DNA of 64,000 nucleotides from Geosiphon pyriformis uo1 (lineage: Eukaryota > Fungi > Glomeromycota). Numbering within the stretch: position 1 is the first letter of the stretch; every line of letters starts with the position of its first letter. Location: the NCBI GenBank assembly GCA_016748015.1, contig JAAOMT010000566.1, forward strand, positions 248,001 through 312,000, in the 5' to 3' direction. The translations under genes were made by a program, and so were the position numbers. Below, piece by piece: positions 1 through 13,479 of the stretch. The notes below the pieces were generated by a model that searched no databases, was not told the origin of the DNA, and saw only the letters and a program-made list of their open reading frames with translations.

Positions 1-1115
1 TTTTTCCCATGAAAACCAACCACTTGAAAGCAACTGAATTAGCTACTTCAGATAATTCATATTTGACCAAAGCTTTTTGTCATAGGCCAATCAATTGCAT
101 CTTAATTGATACAATCTTTCTAAACTTAAAGAAAACAGATTCCACAGCTGATTTGGGAAGATCAACTAGAATTTTCTTAACAATAATTACTCAATTTGTA
201 TGTTTATTTACTTGTCTAACATCATTATTTACCACAATTTTCTCATGAATTGCCAATTTCTTAGTCTTTTTCAGACTCAATTTGGACGTGAAAAAAGATT
301 TGATGATCCCAGAAAATTTTAAGAGAGTCGATGCTCCCCCAAAACCATCAATTTGATAAAAAATTTTTTTTACTGCCATTAATTTATCACCATTAGTCTT
401 TTCAGACACAGCAGCCAAATCCACATCCAAAGCAAACAATCTAACTGGCTTAAAGCTACAACTTTCCAAAACATGTGAGTTGGCTGACAGCAGCTGATTG
501 AACCCAGCAAACTTAGGCTTAGGAAGTACCAACTTAGCATCGTCATCACTTAAGTTTCTGAAGGAAGGTGTTTTCAGCAGCAGTCTCAAAATATAGGTCT
601 TTGTTTGTGTTTTTCTAGGCGTCGCATCATCCACTATGTCATCAGTCTTATAAGTATTGGAATCCACATAACTTGTCTCTTCAGTCACCATGTTGCCCAT
701 GTTCTCAACATCAGACACCTCACTAATACTGGCATCTTCACTTTCAACTTTGTTGTCCCAAAACACTTTGTGTTCATCACAGTCCATTTGCAAAACGTTT
801 TCAGGGATAGGTTCAGCTGATAAGTCCACCACAATTCCAGTAGCAATGGGTTTTTTTGATTTTTTGTATAAAGAATCCCGAGCATAGACACTTTCAACTC
901 GCGCTTTTTTTTTAGACTCAGACTGGAATCCCAACTCAGCCAAACCAGTACCAGAACCACCAGCAAAAGAGCCTACTGGTTTTATTACAACAAAATGGGG
1001 TATGTTAGAAAAAATAACTAAAGATAATAAGAGGGAATGGAAAAGAAAAAAGCTAAATCTTCGGCAATACAAATGCTCTCATCATGGTTAGGAGATTAAC
1101 AAGAGAAAAAAACTT
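1..1115 (-). mobile_element. 5' end (5'UTR and N-terminal ORF1) of a degenerate LINE, same family as the element at 39071-45970; runs off the window
   Basis: ORF 191-1072 aligns with ORF1 at 39191 (IKPVGxxAGGSG, EETSY, DATPRK, KKIFYQxDGFGGA, EKIxVNxD). The pyrimidine-rich 5'UTR is homologous to 39075-39190. In-frame stop at 191. Confidence 0.9.
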
Positions 1116-2560
1116 TTTTTTAATTTAATATTTAATATAAAAATCTTTATATTTTAAATTTGTTAATAATATATAATTTAATTTGGTTTTTATACTATTT
1201 AATTTTAATATAAATAAGTTAAAAACACTAAAATTTAAAAACAATAAATTATTAGTTCTATTAAAAAAAATTATTTAAAATTAAACCTGAATTTAATATT
1301 AATATTAAAGAAAAAACTGAAATATATATTTAAAAAGCAAACAAAAACAAAATATTTAACTTAAAAAATAGTTTTAAAATTTTATTCAAAAATAATTTCA
1401 ATTTTTTTTAAAGCAAATAATAAAAAACTTGAAAAATTACCAATTAAACTTATATTAAAACCATTAATAATATTAAATCTATTATTTAATAATGCTATTT
1501 AAGTTTAAAATTTGTTATTAAAAACAATAAATTAAAAAATAAAAAAATTTATTTTATATATATATTAATAAATTAAATATAATTAACAAATAATAGTATA
1601 TATTTGATAAATTTTTTGGGTCAATTTTTAAAAAAATTACATTTTAATAATAAGTCTAATTTAATTTAATTTATAATAAATTTATTCTATTAAATACAAA
1701 ATAGTATAATAAGTTTTTTAAATTAGTTTTATTTTTAAAACAAACAATAATATAGCTTATTTTGTTATTTATAATAAAAGTATAATTGATAACACAAGTT
1801 TTTTTACCCATTTTTTTTACAAATCTTTAAAATTATGAACAATAATACATATTGGCAAAGTAAATAACACAGTTTTGAATCTATTAAGTTGTTTTTAAGT
1901 TTTATTATTTTTAATTGTCTTAACAATACAAACAAAGTTCTTATTAATCAAAATTAATCAACTAAAACCCAAAAAATTAGCTATTTTAATATGACAAAAT
2001 TTATTAAAGTCTTTTGTTATAGTCTAATTAATTATATTTTAATTGATTTAAAATATTGTATCATAATTTTTATTATTTGCAAAAAAGATATAAACAAATA
2101 TATAATTATTTTAAATATACAAAATAAAAAATACCATCTTTATTTATGTTTTGTTAATAAAATTAATTATAATTTGGTTTTTTTGCATATAAAATTTTTT
2201 AATTTAATAGTTTTTAACAATTAAAAATTATAAAAATGAAAATAAATTTATAATAGTTCAAAATAAATTTAATACAATAATTATTTTACTATTAATGTTG
2301 AACATAAAAATTTTTAAAACAAAAACTGGTTAAAAATATTTTATTAAACATATTACTTTTATTTATAATGTTTAATTGCCAAATTTAATTAAAATAAATC
2401 ATTTGTAAAAGTATTATCAAAGCAGTAAACATAATTTAACAATAATATTAAGAAAAATTTGCACGTTAATTAAAAAGCTAATATTTAAAATTATGTTAAA
2501 GTTTAATTTCATATTTTTTAAAAAAACGGTGATAATAAAATTGATAAATAGAAAATCAAT
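1116..2560. other. Extremely AT-rich tract, probably eroded transposon DNA
   Basis: Almost no G/C, adjacent to a LINE, no credible ORF. Confidence 0.55.
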
Positions 2561-2654
2561 AAAATTAAAAAACGAAAAATTTCAACGATACATGCCGATC
2601 AATGATCTTCCAATATAGACTCATAAACTTTTGTCAATACGAACTAAAACAAAA

Positions 2655-3173
2655 ATGACGGTACAACTTCACACTGTGTGCTTTTTTAGTAAGGGAGCAT
2701 TTTTTTCTAAATTTTCTTCTACATTTTAAAAATACAGTTCCAGCCTGTGAACCCTAAACCTTTTCTCCAGGAACTAACTGGAAAACCGGTTATTGTACGT
2801 CTAAAATGGGGTATGGAGTATAAAGGTTACCTTGTCTCGGTTGATTCTTATATGAACCTACAGGTAATTCATTTTTATACTTTCAATTTTATAGGCCTTA
2901 AAATTTTTTTCAATGATCAGAATGTTTAAAAACATTTTATTTTTATCAAATTCTCAGCTAGCCAATACCGAAGAATTTGTCGATGGACAATCAACAGGTG
3001 CTTTGGGTGAAGTCTTAATTAGGTAGGTGCAAGCCCGAAAGTCGCAAATCCCATTGAGATTTCAGGAATAGCCTTGAAGAAATAATATTTGATCGTTAAT
3101 CTCACACAATAGGTGCAATAATGTTCTGTATATTCGAGGTATTGAGGAGGATACAGACATGGCGGGAACCTAG
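2655..3173 (+). CDS. SNRPF: Small nuclear ribonucleoprotein F (SmF), 4 exons: 2655-2660, 2738-2863, 2958-3022, 3113-3173
   Basis: Spliced product [75 protein letters not shown]; GT-AG introns keep the frame. Confidence 0.97.
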
Positions 3174-3290
3174 TTTCATCGGAACATGAATCGAGTTGTG
3201 ATTACTTGGATTCAAGATTAAAGACTAGTTGACTCGAGAATCCGGGTCCATAGCTTTATTAATATTTAGGAAAGCCAATAAGTAACTAGT

Positions 3291-5099
3291 TCAATAGGCT
3301 GGCATGAACATCGAGTCTTCATTAACTTGGTTCTCAGTTTTAGCTTTCTCGTGTGTTGTTGGAACGGTATCTTTTATTACAGAAAGCTCTTCGAGCTTAA
3401 GATCCATAGGACCAACTTGTGAGGGATTTGGCAACACATTCAATTCTTCAAACATCCGTTTTACTTCCAAAATATCAGTATCTTCTGATTCAGGTAGAGC
3501 CTTGGAGGCCTTTGGAATACTTTGAGTTTTCTGCAAAGCTTCTAATTCTCTCTCAAGTTCATCATCATCCTCATGTGCCAACGAGATGGTTGTATTGGCA
3601 GCAGTCATTGCCTCCTCAATTTCATTTTGTGCGATTAATGTGTCTTCAAGTTTATCTATTGTGTCCTGAACCGAATCAGCTGTAACACCAGAATTGCTCA
3701 ACACATTCTGAAGGGTATTTGCCCCGAAATCGAAAGCATCGAGCACCTTTGAGTGCAGATACTCTTCAGTTATTTTTTTCAATATTGCATGAATCAGGAA
3801 TTTCTCTTATTTGTTACCTCACGATAAGTTACTGATTCCTGCATCTTAAGCAGAATTCCTTCGAGTGTATGTAAGGATGAAAATCTTTTATCGAGAATTT
3901 TTTCAATCTCTTTTTTTTGTCTTAAAGCCAACTTGGCCGCGTTTTTTTGTTTCCGACCAATATAATAATTGATTCTTTTAGTAAGTCTAAAAACCATTTA
4001 TGAGGTGAAGCAATCGCTGGTTTGAAGTTTTTATATCCCAAGTAATTCAGATTGAAATACTTTATATGCAAACAACTCACTCATTTACGCGGGTTTCAAG
4101 ACTTTCGATTTGTTTATGCAGATTCTCAGAGGTAGCTTTAATATTCAAGATACCATGCTCCAGTGTTGTGCCAATTTGCAATTTGGTATTTGTTGTATCG
4201 TCTTTTGACCTGAATTTGATCGCCTGATAAAGACACAATTATTAAGATGTAAATTTTAAATTAAAAGCGAATAACACTCACTATTTCCTGTTTGTTTCCG
4301 AGTTTCTCTTCCTCCCAAGTTCTTGCGATCAATATGTGACGTCCGTACTCTAAATATGTCAATAAAATATCCCAATCCGCATCAGAGAGCTTAAGATCAG
4401 GCATAGCTATTTTACCGTATTCCTCTTTAAATGAAGAGTACGTGCATAGGTCATCGGTGATACCATGTGCAATCTCGTTATGATGCTTCACTATACGTTC
4501 CGCTACTTCTTTAAGAGTGGCCAAGAAAATATATCTCCCAGGATCCGGTATTTCTTTTACGCCAATCACTAGATGTTCATATCCCCACCAAATAGGGCCT
4601 AAAAGCAAACGTGAGGCAAACCAACTAGCCCATGATTCTGTTAATGCACCTTTGAAACCATGGATTCGTACGAGTTCATTTCGTTCATATAACTCTTGCT
4701 AAAGCGAAGACAAAAACTCTCGGTTTGAAACCCGTTTTTGAAGTAATAGCTGGATACTTGGGGAAAACTTACTATGACCAACAAGAGTCCCTTGATAGTT
4801 GGGGGACTCAACGTGCCATTATTATCAAGTTCATAGCTGAAATTCTGGTTGAGGACATCGTTAACTTCTATACACAGCAGGTCTGGGCCTAACCAACCGC
4901 GTCGAGTTGTCTCGATCAAAACTTCTTTCCAAAAGTTAACGAAATTCTCATATAAAGCATTAGAAGTTGGACGGTCCTTTTTTAATTTCTCAATTGCAGA
5001 AGACCAATACCAGTCTGCTAGATTTTGGTTTTTTATCTTCGTTTTAAGAAAGGCGCGGATTTGATGCTCGTGTGTATTCTTAATTTCAACAGACGACAT
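3291..5099 (-). CDS. CHMP7: CHMP7/Chm7 ESCRT-II/III hybrid protein (N-terminal winged-helix region plus Snf7 domain), 5 exons
   Basis: N-terminal NFWKEVL motif; Snf7-like C-terminus AKLALRQKKEIEKILDKRFSSLHTLEGIL, VLDAFDFGANTL, DELERELEAL; GT-AG joins in frame. Confidence 0.88.
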
Positions 5100-5486
5100 T
5101 TTCTTCCAGGGGAAACTAAGTAAAATTGTTCAGAATCAAGCTATTTTATAGTCTACATATTTTAATGTTTATTAGTCTCTTGACGTCATATGAGATCCTC
5201 ATATCACGGAATGAACTGTTCAAGTTTAAAATGATAATTTTTTGTTGGCTGAAAAATAAATCTTCATTTCATTATTGCCATTGATAAAAGGACAGGATTT
5301 AAAAAGCAAGTCTCGGCCAGCTAAATAGCCAATCAAACTGGAAATCTTATTGCTCTATATTAAATGACACTAAAGACTCATACAGTAAAAGCAAAGAAAT
5401 TCCAAAAAAACCTAATCCTATCAACGTCTCTTAAATAGATTTAGGATGTTATAGGCTTATTAATAACGAAATTGTCAATATCCGGA

Positions 5487-6079
5487 TTACAAACCCCCGC
5501 CACCTTGTTGATTCTCGCGCTGAACCCGTGACAGATATGCCCGAGACACGATATTCCAAGCCTCCATATATCGATCCATACATTTAGAAACACAAGCCTT
5601 GTGTTGATTATAATAAAGAAATAAAGATGCCAAAAGTCACTTCCAGGTTTGGTGCTTTTAATATGATATAATTTTCAGAAATACAAATACCTTTTCACTA
5701 TTTTCCAAAGTATAGCCAGGTTTAGATATACATTTGGCAAAACATTTTTCATTGATTTTCTGACGAGAAGTTATGTCAAAGTTGCGACAATAAATTATGT
5801 GTTGTCAATAATCAAAAATTGGATTATCTTAGCTCACACACAGTAACAATCTCTTGAAGGTTAGCGTACGCCAGCTCGCTTCGGACTTGATTCATGACGG
5901 CTTGTTTTCGGCTTTCCCTTTTTTCGAACCAACGAAGATGAGGAAACCCGATAGATTTTTAAACCTTATAAAACGAATCTCAATGATAGAACCAGAAAAC
6001 ATTCCTAAAAAATAGGTTACATGCTGCCAGTAGATTGAGAGGGAGAAGAAAGGCCAAAGTCGCTTGAGAAACCACTCAT
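5487..6079 (-). CDS. TIM13: Mitochondrial small Tim chaperone Tim13, 104 aa, 4 exons: 6079-6021, 5917-5842, 5759-5691, 5597-5487 (not in the ORF track)
   Basis: Spliced product includes [73 protein letters not shown], with the twin CX3C motif. Confidence 0.95.
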
Positions 6080-6900
6080 TTTCCGTTGATTTTATAATGG
6101 TTGGTAAAAGGCCAGGCTCTAAGGAACAGTCACACTTGGAGCTAAAAAAATATTTAAAATGTCACAATCTTATGACTCAAAAGGTGACTTTAAGTGACTC
6201 ATTTGGTGATGTATCATGTTGGTTTATTAAATTTAAAAAAACTACAATATATATATATGAGACTGAAGTTATATGATCGCGAACCAGTCAGCACACATTT
6301 AAAAATTAAAACTCCTACTATCACCTCAAGTCTCCTCCTCAATGAGGGAAAGCGTTAGGCGAAAGCACTTTACATTTAGAGAAAAAGAACCATTTTACGT
6401 TGCTGTACTCCTATTATTAAAGAATAGGATTTGAAATGATTTACTGCAGATAAATTCTATTAATTCTTTCCCTTTAACCTAGATTTAAGCCCATTATCTG
6501 AAATTTGTCAAGTATTCTGTGATCCTCTAACGGACATCTTACAAGCGGTTGTTTGGAAGTAAATTTTTAGCGAATCAATCTGTTCCAGAGCCACCAATTT
6601 TTCTTTATTGTGTTCATCAAAATTCGCCGAGACAATAAATGACTCAAGTTAGAGGAAAAAACGAACATTGAAATCATATGTAATAGGTTCCACTTTTTTT
6701 AGTCAATATTTTGACGATATAATTAAATTTTGCTCAAAGAATTGGAAAAAAAAGTGACAATGGATTTTGACTAAGAACCAAACATCAATGATTCAAAGTT
6801 TCAGCAAAAATGGGTATAAAAAATAGCCAATCCTGTCTTTTCCCTGTTGGGCTCGTTCAAGACACAAATATGTCGAAAATAAAAATCATTCATCAAATAT

Positions 6901-8804
6901 TTAATCCTCGTCCATACGATCACCACTGTGGTCTTCAGGATTATCTTCATTATTATTATTGTTGTTGTTATTATTACTACTACTATTAGTATTATTATTG
7001 TTTTCGCCGTCATCTCGCTGTCTGGTAGCTTGCTCTTGAATTGCACGAAGAAATGCTTCCACACCTGCAAAACGAAATAGTTAAAACTGGAAATATAACT
7101 TCTTAGTTGAAGTTCAAAAACTTTCTCACCTGTTCCAGTGGAGGAGTCTAAACCTAATGATGTCAGTAAAGGTCCTAATTGCCCGGATTGCAAAGCTATA
7201 CTTAAGAGTTGTAAAGCCTGGGATTCGGTAATATTACGATATTTATTAGAATATTTTTCATGAAATCACACTAATGATCACTATACCTACTTGGCTAAAT
7301 TGCGGACTGTGTATCACTTCCCTCAATTCCTCGGGAGTCCTCTCAAGATTTTGAGGAAGGTGTGGAAATAATGCTAAACGAAATGCGATTGATTGAAATG
7401 ATTAGTGAATCTCGTTTTTGGAGTAGAAGAAACAAATTGGAGCAGAGCAAATACCAGAGGAAATATCAGGATTACTAAGCAGTGGACCAATAGCAGCAGG
7501 GGTAAGTACGTCAGCTAAGTTTATATCTATTGAAAGGAGAAGAGATATGTTAAAAAAATAAACTTATAGATATTCGAGTTAGATTGAGAACGGGATAGAA
7601 AAATAAAAGATTTATTACCGGGTTGTCTACTTCCCTCTATTCAACAAGGTTTGAGGATAAAATTGAGCAATATGATGTTAAATAAGTGAAATAAATAAAA
7701 AGAAAAATGAAGTGACGTGATGGATACCAGGAATTTGTATCCTTGACAAAATATTTCTCAAATTGCCCAACTGTTCGGGTGTAACGCTTGAATTATCAGA
7801 TGTTTGGGGGGCCGAGGAGCTGGGTTCAGATGTTGGCACCGTGGTAGACTGAGGTTCATTCGCTGGAGTAGTTGATGGTATAGGAAGACCGCTGAGTCTT
7901 TGATGTTGCCCGATAGAGTATATGAATGGCAGAGAAGATGAAATTCCAAGATAGAGATATAGTTGAAACCGGATGATATGGATTTATGAGAATATTTTAA
8001 TTTCTATAACGTACCCGAAAGCTCCGTGACCTTGTAACAATTGTAACAAGTCTTCCTGGTTCATATTGCTAAAACCAGCCAAATCGTCCATCGAACGGAA
8101 TGGGCTTCCTAACGCGCCAGATCCAGATTGTTGTCTACTTTCGGCCAATCCACCCTGTGGATCATTGATTAATCGATTTATTTTTGCGGCATGGTCCTCA
8201 TCTTTATCATCCTTAACATCTTGCATCCAGAAAAATAATTTCTGCGAGGAAGATTTGAAATTGAGCAAGTAAACGCGACCAGTAGTGCATTGTTCGACAC
8301 GAATAAATTCGGCCTCTTCCGGAAAGATAATCAAATCCTGTTGGAATTTCAATTTTAATCATCAGTTCCGAGTCAATGAAATAATGTGGATGCAACGATT
8401 TGAAAATTGGATCACCTCTTCGACGGTATTTGTTTTTCTGTCCTTCCAACAAAAATGCATCAATTGTTCATCGCGCTTCCCAATAAAAATTGGGAATGCT
8501 CAAGTTAGTTGATTGGCTATTCATTTCTTATCAGTTTACCAGATGTTAAGAGGGAAGTTTCAAACCTGATCCATATAGACAAGACTTTTTCAATCAATTC
8601 GATAATACATCGATATGGAAAAGATTGTTTAAAAAATCTCAGAGATAGCTGAAATTAAATAAAGATCTCGAATTCAAAAACCAACCCTTTTCTCTCGTCA
8701 GGTTTTAACCATTTGGTGTTTCCGTCACGAATCATTCGCCCCGCTTTAAATTCCACCGGATACTTTCTTCGAGCTGTAGGAGCGGGAAACAAAGACGAAG
8801 ACAT
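6901..8804 (-). CDS. RPN13: Proteasomal ubiquitin receptor Rpn13/ADRM1 (Pru domain plus UCH37-binding region), multi-exon with two micro-exons
   Basis: VEFKAGRMIRDG..PDERKGLVYMDQ..LMHFCWKDR..DLIIFPEEAEF..TGRVYLLNFKSSSQKLFFWMQ; C-terminal SPQF..ALQSGQLGPLL and an Asn-rich tail. Confidence 0.95.
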
Positions 8805-10081
8805 ATTCAAACTCTTCTTTTAAAGAAAAAAGAGTAGAAAGCGTTAAGAATGAAAGATATGGTGGTGGGAATGAGGACTTTGGCGATCAATAGCAATTAA
8901 AAAATACGCTTTCTAACGAAAGAATTTATAACTGATTGCGTAATTGTATTTTGTACTACTAACTAACAGTGCTACGCAATAGGATGAGTTAACTCTCAAG
9001 TTCCAAAGGAATAGGATATCATTTATTAGCATTATGTATATCTATACCAAATGCAAAATTCAAATTTGTGGATTATGAAATAATGGAACCAACAACCAAT
9101 AATAATAAATTCATACCAAAGCATTAATACTCGATTTACTTTGACATTTCTTAAAAAAAATAAAAGCCTCAATCTTTGACCTTTTTATTTTTTTTTTTGG
9201 GTTTTCCTCCCCTTTCACAATTGGGAGAATGTTAAATTGTGGTTATTGGAACTTTTTTTTTTAATTTTTTTTCACTCAAACTTGAAAATGTCGATAAAAA
9301 AACCCAAATTTTCAACTCTTCCCGTGTAGAACAGCTTTACGGGGAGAGTTTGATAGGAAAATAAGAAAATTTGAGATTTTACAATGAGAAACGAAACATT
9401 TAAGAAATATTTTTCGGATGACTCGATTTAGATAACTTGCAGCTTTAGATCCAAAGTTCAATCGAAAAGGGAATCCTATTTATTTTGTATATATATATTG
9501 ATGTGAATGATTCCTCAAAAAAGCAAAAAGAAAAAAATTCCCCCAATATTGAAATTAAATAATAATGATTAATAGACATTTGAATAATGGAACCAAAAAT
9601 GTGGTTTGGTTTATTGTTATCCTGTTAACGGGAGTTCATCGCTCAAATTGGTAGATCGTTAAAAACCATAAAGACGATTATGGTTCAACAACTGTTAATG
9701 ACATCACATCAAATAAGATTCAAACTAAAATTGGAAATTGCCCTCGAGTCCTCACCATTATACCATTCTGCTAAGCCATAAAATGCCAAAAAAAAATTAC
9801 TTGGCGACGATAAAAATAGCTTTATCTGTGATAGGTATATCAAAAATTCCCAGGAAAAGCTTAATTACGTCATATACACATTAAAGTCGATCAGGAACAT
9901 GATGATACATTTGCTTAATAATTATAGCATGAAGACGATTTTTGATATCATGACTATTCAAAATCTTTTGAATTTTTGCACATTACAGATCACCCCACAA
10001 TCAAATCAGCCAATCAAAAAATAAAAAATTTGTAAAGAATCTTTTTTCATGTTCGAAGATTCAGAATGCCAACCTTTCAAC

Positions 10082-10299
<218 letters not shown>

Positions 10300-11499
10300 T
10301 CAAGGGATTATTTCTTTGATCCTCAGATAAATCATAATTTTCTTTTATGCATGTTGTTGAAAATAAATCATACTTTGGGGCACAGAAACAGCAAAGAAAA
10401 TGATGCCACGACTACAGAAGTAAAAAATTCAATACAAAAAAAGAAAGATAGAATTTCTTGACCAATTTTTTATTTGGAAATATCTCTGGTTTTTCTTACA
10501 GATCAATATTTATAAGACCAAAAAATATAGTCAAATGTGTGTACTCGTGACAAACAATTATTAGAATCAAAGATTTTCTCGCAGTTCTTGTTGTCAAGTA
10601 TGAGTGATTTAACACCGGTTAAACAAACAAACCAAGCAAGCAAGCAAATATATGTACTAATGACATATTTTCCGCGGCAATATTGCCAAGGGTAGATCTT
10701 AAAACCGTTATACTGGTGAGTCTCATATTATTCTCTAGTCGATTAAAGTGTAAATATTTATAATATATTTATGTGAAATTTTAACTGTTCCATAAAAATA
10801 TCATCATTCCTGAAATCATAAAAATGTAATAATTCATTTCCATTAGAAATAAAACCTTAATCAATCAAAAATTGACTAGCTTAAATGAATTGCGTATACA
10901 ATAAGAAGAATTTTAGAAACTCCAATTTTTTTAAAAAAAAAATTCACAAATTTCAAACCTAAATACTAAAAATTCTCCGAAATAAAACTCTTTAGTTTAG
11001 TTTAAAATAGCGGTTTTAATGAATAAATACAACCGTTGAAACAATGGGTAAAAAAAACTGAATATATAATATGAACAATGACGATATTACATTATTGATG
11101 GGTGTGACATGACATCATTGTTTTTTACGGATAAACTAAACTAAATATTCTAGTTTGAACTAGATTATTAGTAATAAATAGTGAAAAAAATATAAATACA
11201 CATGGCTTCCAATTTTACAAAAAATTAAAGTTGTAAAATATTTTCAGTTTCAATAGTATCAAAAAGAATAAAAGATTATTATAACAACTTCGGAAATTCA
11301 GTTAAAATAACTGGCTAATTCAAAAAAGGAATAATTTTATTTGTGCAATATTATAAATATAGATATTGATTCACCAACGCCAAGACCCGAATTTTATCAC
11401 ACCACTTTTAATAAGCCTCAAAAACAAATATATAAATATCTGAACTTGGTTTCCTAAAATTCATTTTCAATAATAATAATAAGAAGAAGAATAAAAACA

Positions 11500-12792
11500 A
11501 TGTTTTTCGTTAACCCATCAAACAACAACAGTAACTACAACTATAACTATAACAACAACAACAACAACAACAACAACAACGACGAGGATAATTATAATCA
11601 TTTTCAATATCATCCGAATTTGGAAATTCATCAATTTGAATCAGGACAAGGACAATTAGAACAACCTTTTTATATCTCACAACAAACAGAAACTATAAGT
11701 GGTGCGATTATTGCCGAACAATTATTAAAAAAAGAACAGGAACAACAATCCATTATTACTCGGAATTTACAGCAACTTGATCAATTCGAAAAACTTCAAA
11801 AAGAAGAAGAAATAAAACTTCAACAACAACGTTATCAATTATTTCCAAATCAAGAACTTTACAAAATATCTTCTAGAACATCCCTTTTGCCCATTTCACC
11901 AATTTCCTCCCCATTACAACCATCCTCTCAAACGATTCCCATTGAAAACCTGAAATTAAATCAATCTCAAATTAAAAAACATACTCCTTCACCACCAATC
12001 TCACCTCTATTAATGTCAGCAGCGATGACACCAGCTGGACTCGCATTAGGAAATCCAAATCGTTCATGTATATCTTGTAAACGAAGAAAAGTAAAATGTG
12101 ATCGAAAAACTCCATCATGTTCCACATGTCAAAAATCAAAATCCTCATGTTACTATACCTCCTATTCACCACCTGCTCTATTAAGTGAATTACAATCGCG
12201 AAAACATCAACAAGAAGTGGATGAAGGGAATGGAGATTTATATGAAATTCCAAAGCTGATAAAACAAGAAGAACACGATTTCATTTTCATCAACGAAGAT
12301 ATTTTAGCACAGGAACGAACAATGATTAAGGAATTACGTGAGAAATTAGAACAAGTTCAGAATGAGGGAAAAGAAAGATGGGAACACATGCAACAAATAT
12401 ATATGGAAATTAAAGAATTTCAACAACAGCAAGAGCAATTACTTGCTTATTTTTCAAGGATCAATAATTCACAACCATTAATAATACCTGATACCATGTC
12501 ATTATATAATCAACAACAAGAACAACTTCCATTATTCAATAACACGGAGAATTTTGATGAAGGAATGTTACGACTTGTTATGGAAAATCCAATTAAACCC
12601 TCCTCATCCATCACAATGTCATCTGAAGATTTAATACCAAGAACGACCACAACACTACAAACAACTCCGATAAAAATCCTAAAGAATTCTGAATCTTTAT
12701 CGTCAACTTCAAATCTAAATTCCGTTTCGAATTTAGCAATAAGAAATCGAAACAATAAAACACACTCGCATCATTATTCTCCATATGCATAA
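11500..12792 (+). CDS. Zn(II)2Cys6 fungal transcription factor, single exon, 430 aa
   Basis: CISCKRRKVKCDRKTPSCSTCQKSKSSC matches CX2CX6CX6CX2CX6C; a coiled coil follows; N/Q-rich flanks. Confidence 0.92.
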   Translation: MFFVNPSNNNSNYNYNYNNNNNNNNNNDEDNYNHFQYHPNLEIHQFESGQGQLEQPFYISQQTETISGAIIAEQLLKKEQEQQSIITRNLQQLDQFEKLQKEEEIKLQQQRYQLFPNQELYKISSRTSLLPISPISSPLQPSSQTIPIENLKLNQSQIKKHTPSPPISPLLMSAAMTPAGLALGNPNRSCISCKRRKVKCDRKTPSCSTCQKSKSSCYYTSYSPPALLSELQSRKHQQEVDEGNGDLYEIPKLIKQEEHDFIFINEDILAQERTMIKELREKLEQVQNEGKERWEHMQQIYMEIKEFQQQQEQLLAYFSRINNSQPLIIPDTMSLYNQQQEQLPLFNNTENFDEGMLRLVMENPIKPSSSITMSSEDLIPRTTTTLQTTPIKILKNSESLSSTSNLNSVSNLAIRNRNNKTHSHHYSPYA

Positions 12793-13479
12793 CAACTGTC
12801 AACATATCATTGATTTAATGATCATTAATTGCTAATAGTTTTAATATAATAATATATCATATTTTTAAAGACAATTTGTTGTAAAAACCGACCATTACAA
12901 TGTAATCATAAAAATGTTACTTGAAAAGTAAAAAAGAATCTTGGCGCCCAACCATGCGTACAAAAAATGAAATGATATATGAAGACTTTTCTATTGAAAA
13001 CAAATAAGAATTTTTTCAAGCTAATTCGTTTGAATATATAAGAATTATCTGAGAAGAAATCTTTTTCCAAAGATATTTATAAATCAAGAATTTTCCTTTC
13101 AAGATAAACCAAAGTCTCAAACGGGTGTAATCAAATTCCGAGCGCTCACATGTAACAGTATTATTTCCAAAATATCGACCTAAGAATTAAAAAGTTTTTT
13201 TTATGAATTAAAGAATGTCGACAAAGAAAATGTTTTTAAAAATAAAAAAAAAATCTCATTCGATCTATACTAGCCTGAAGAAGAAAAAATGATATCATTT
13301 TAATAATATATGCATATAAATGTCAATTTTATGATTATATAATAAACCAACCATACTATATTGGGAGCCTAAAACGATGATCAGTGGTTTTTCCAATACA
13401 TGGAGATGTCCACTTTATGTTTTTTTTTATCAGTAAATAATAAAAATAAAAATAATAAAAATAAAAATAAAAATAAAAA

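Noticed and set aside
1991-2224. Short ORFs in AT-rich tracts (also 14822, 21444, 32718, 36190)
   Set aside because: I/K/N/F/L-dominated composition is an artefact of extreme AT content.
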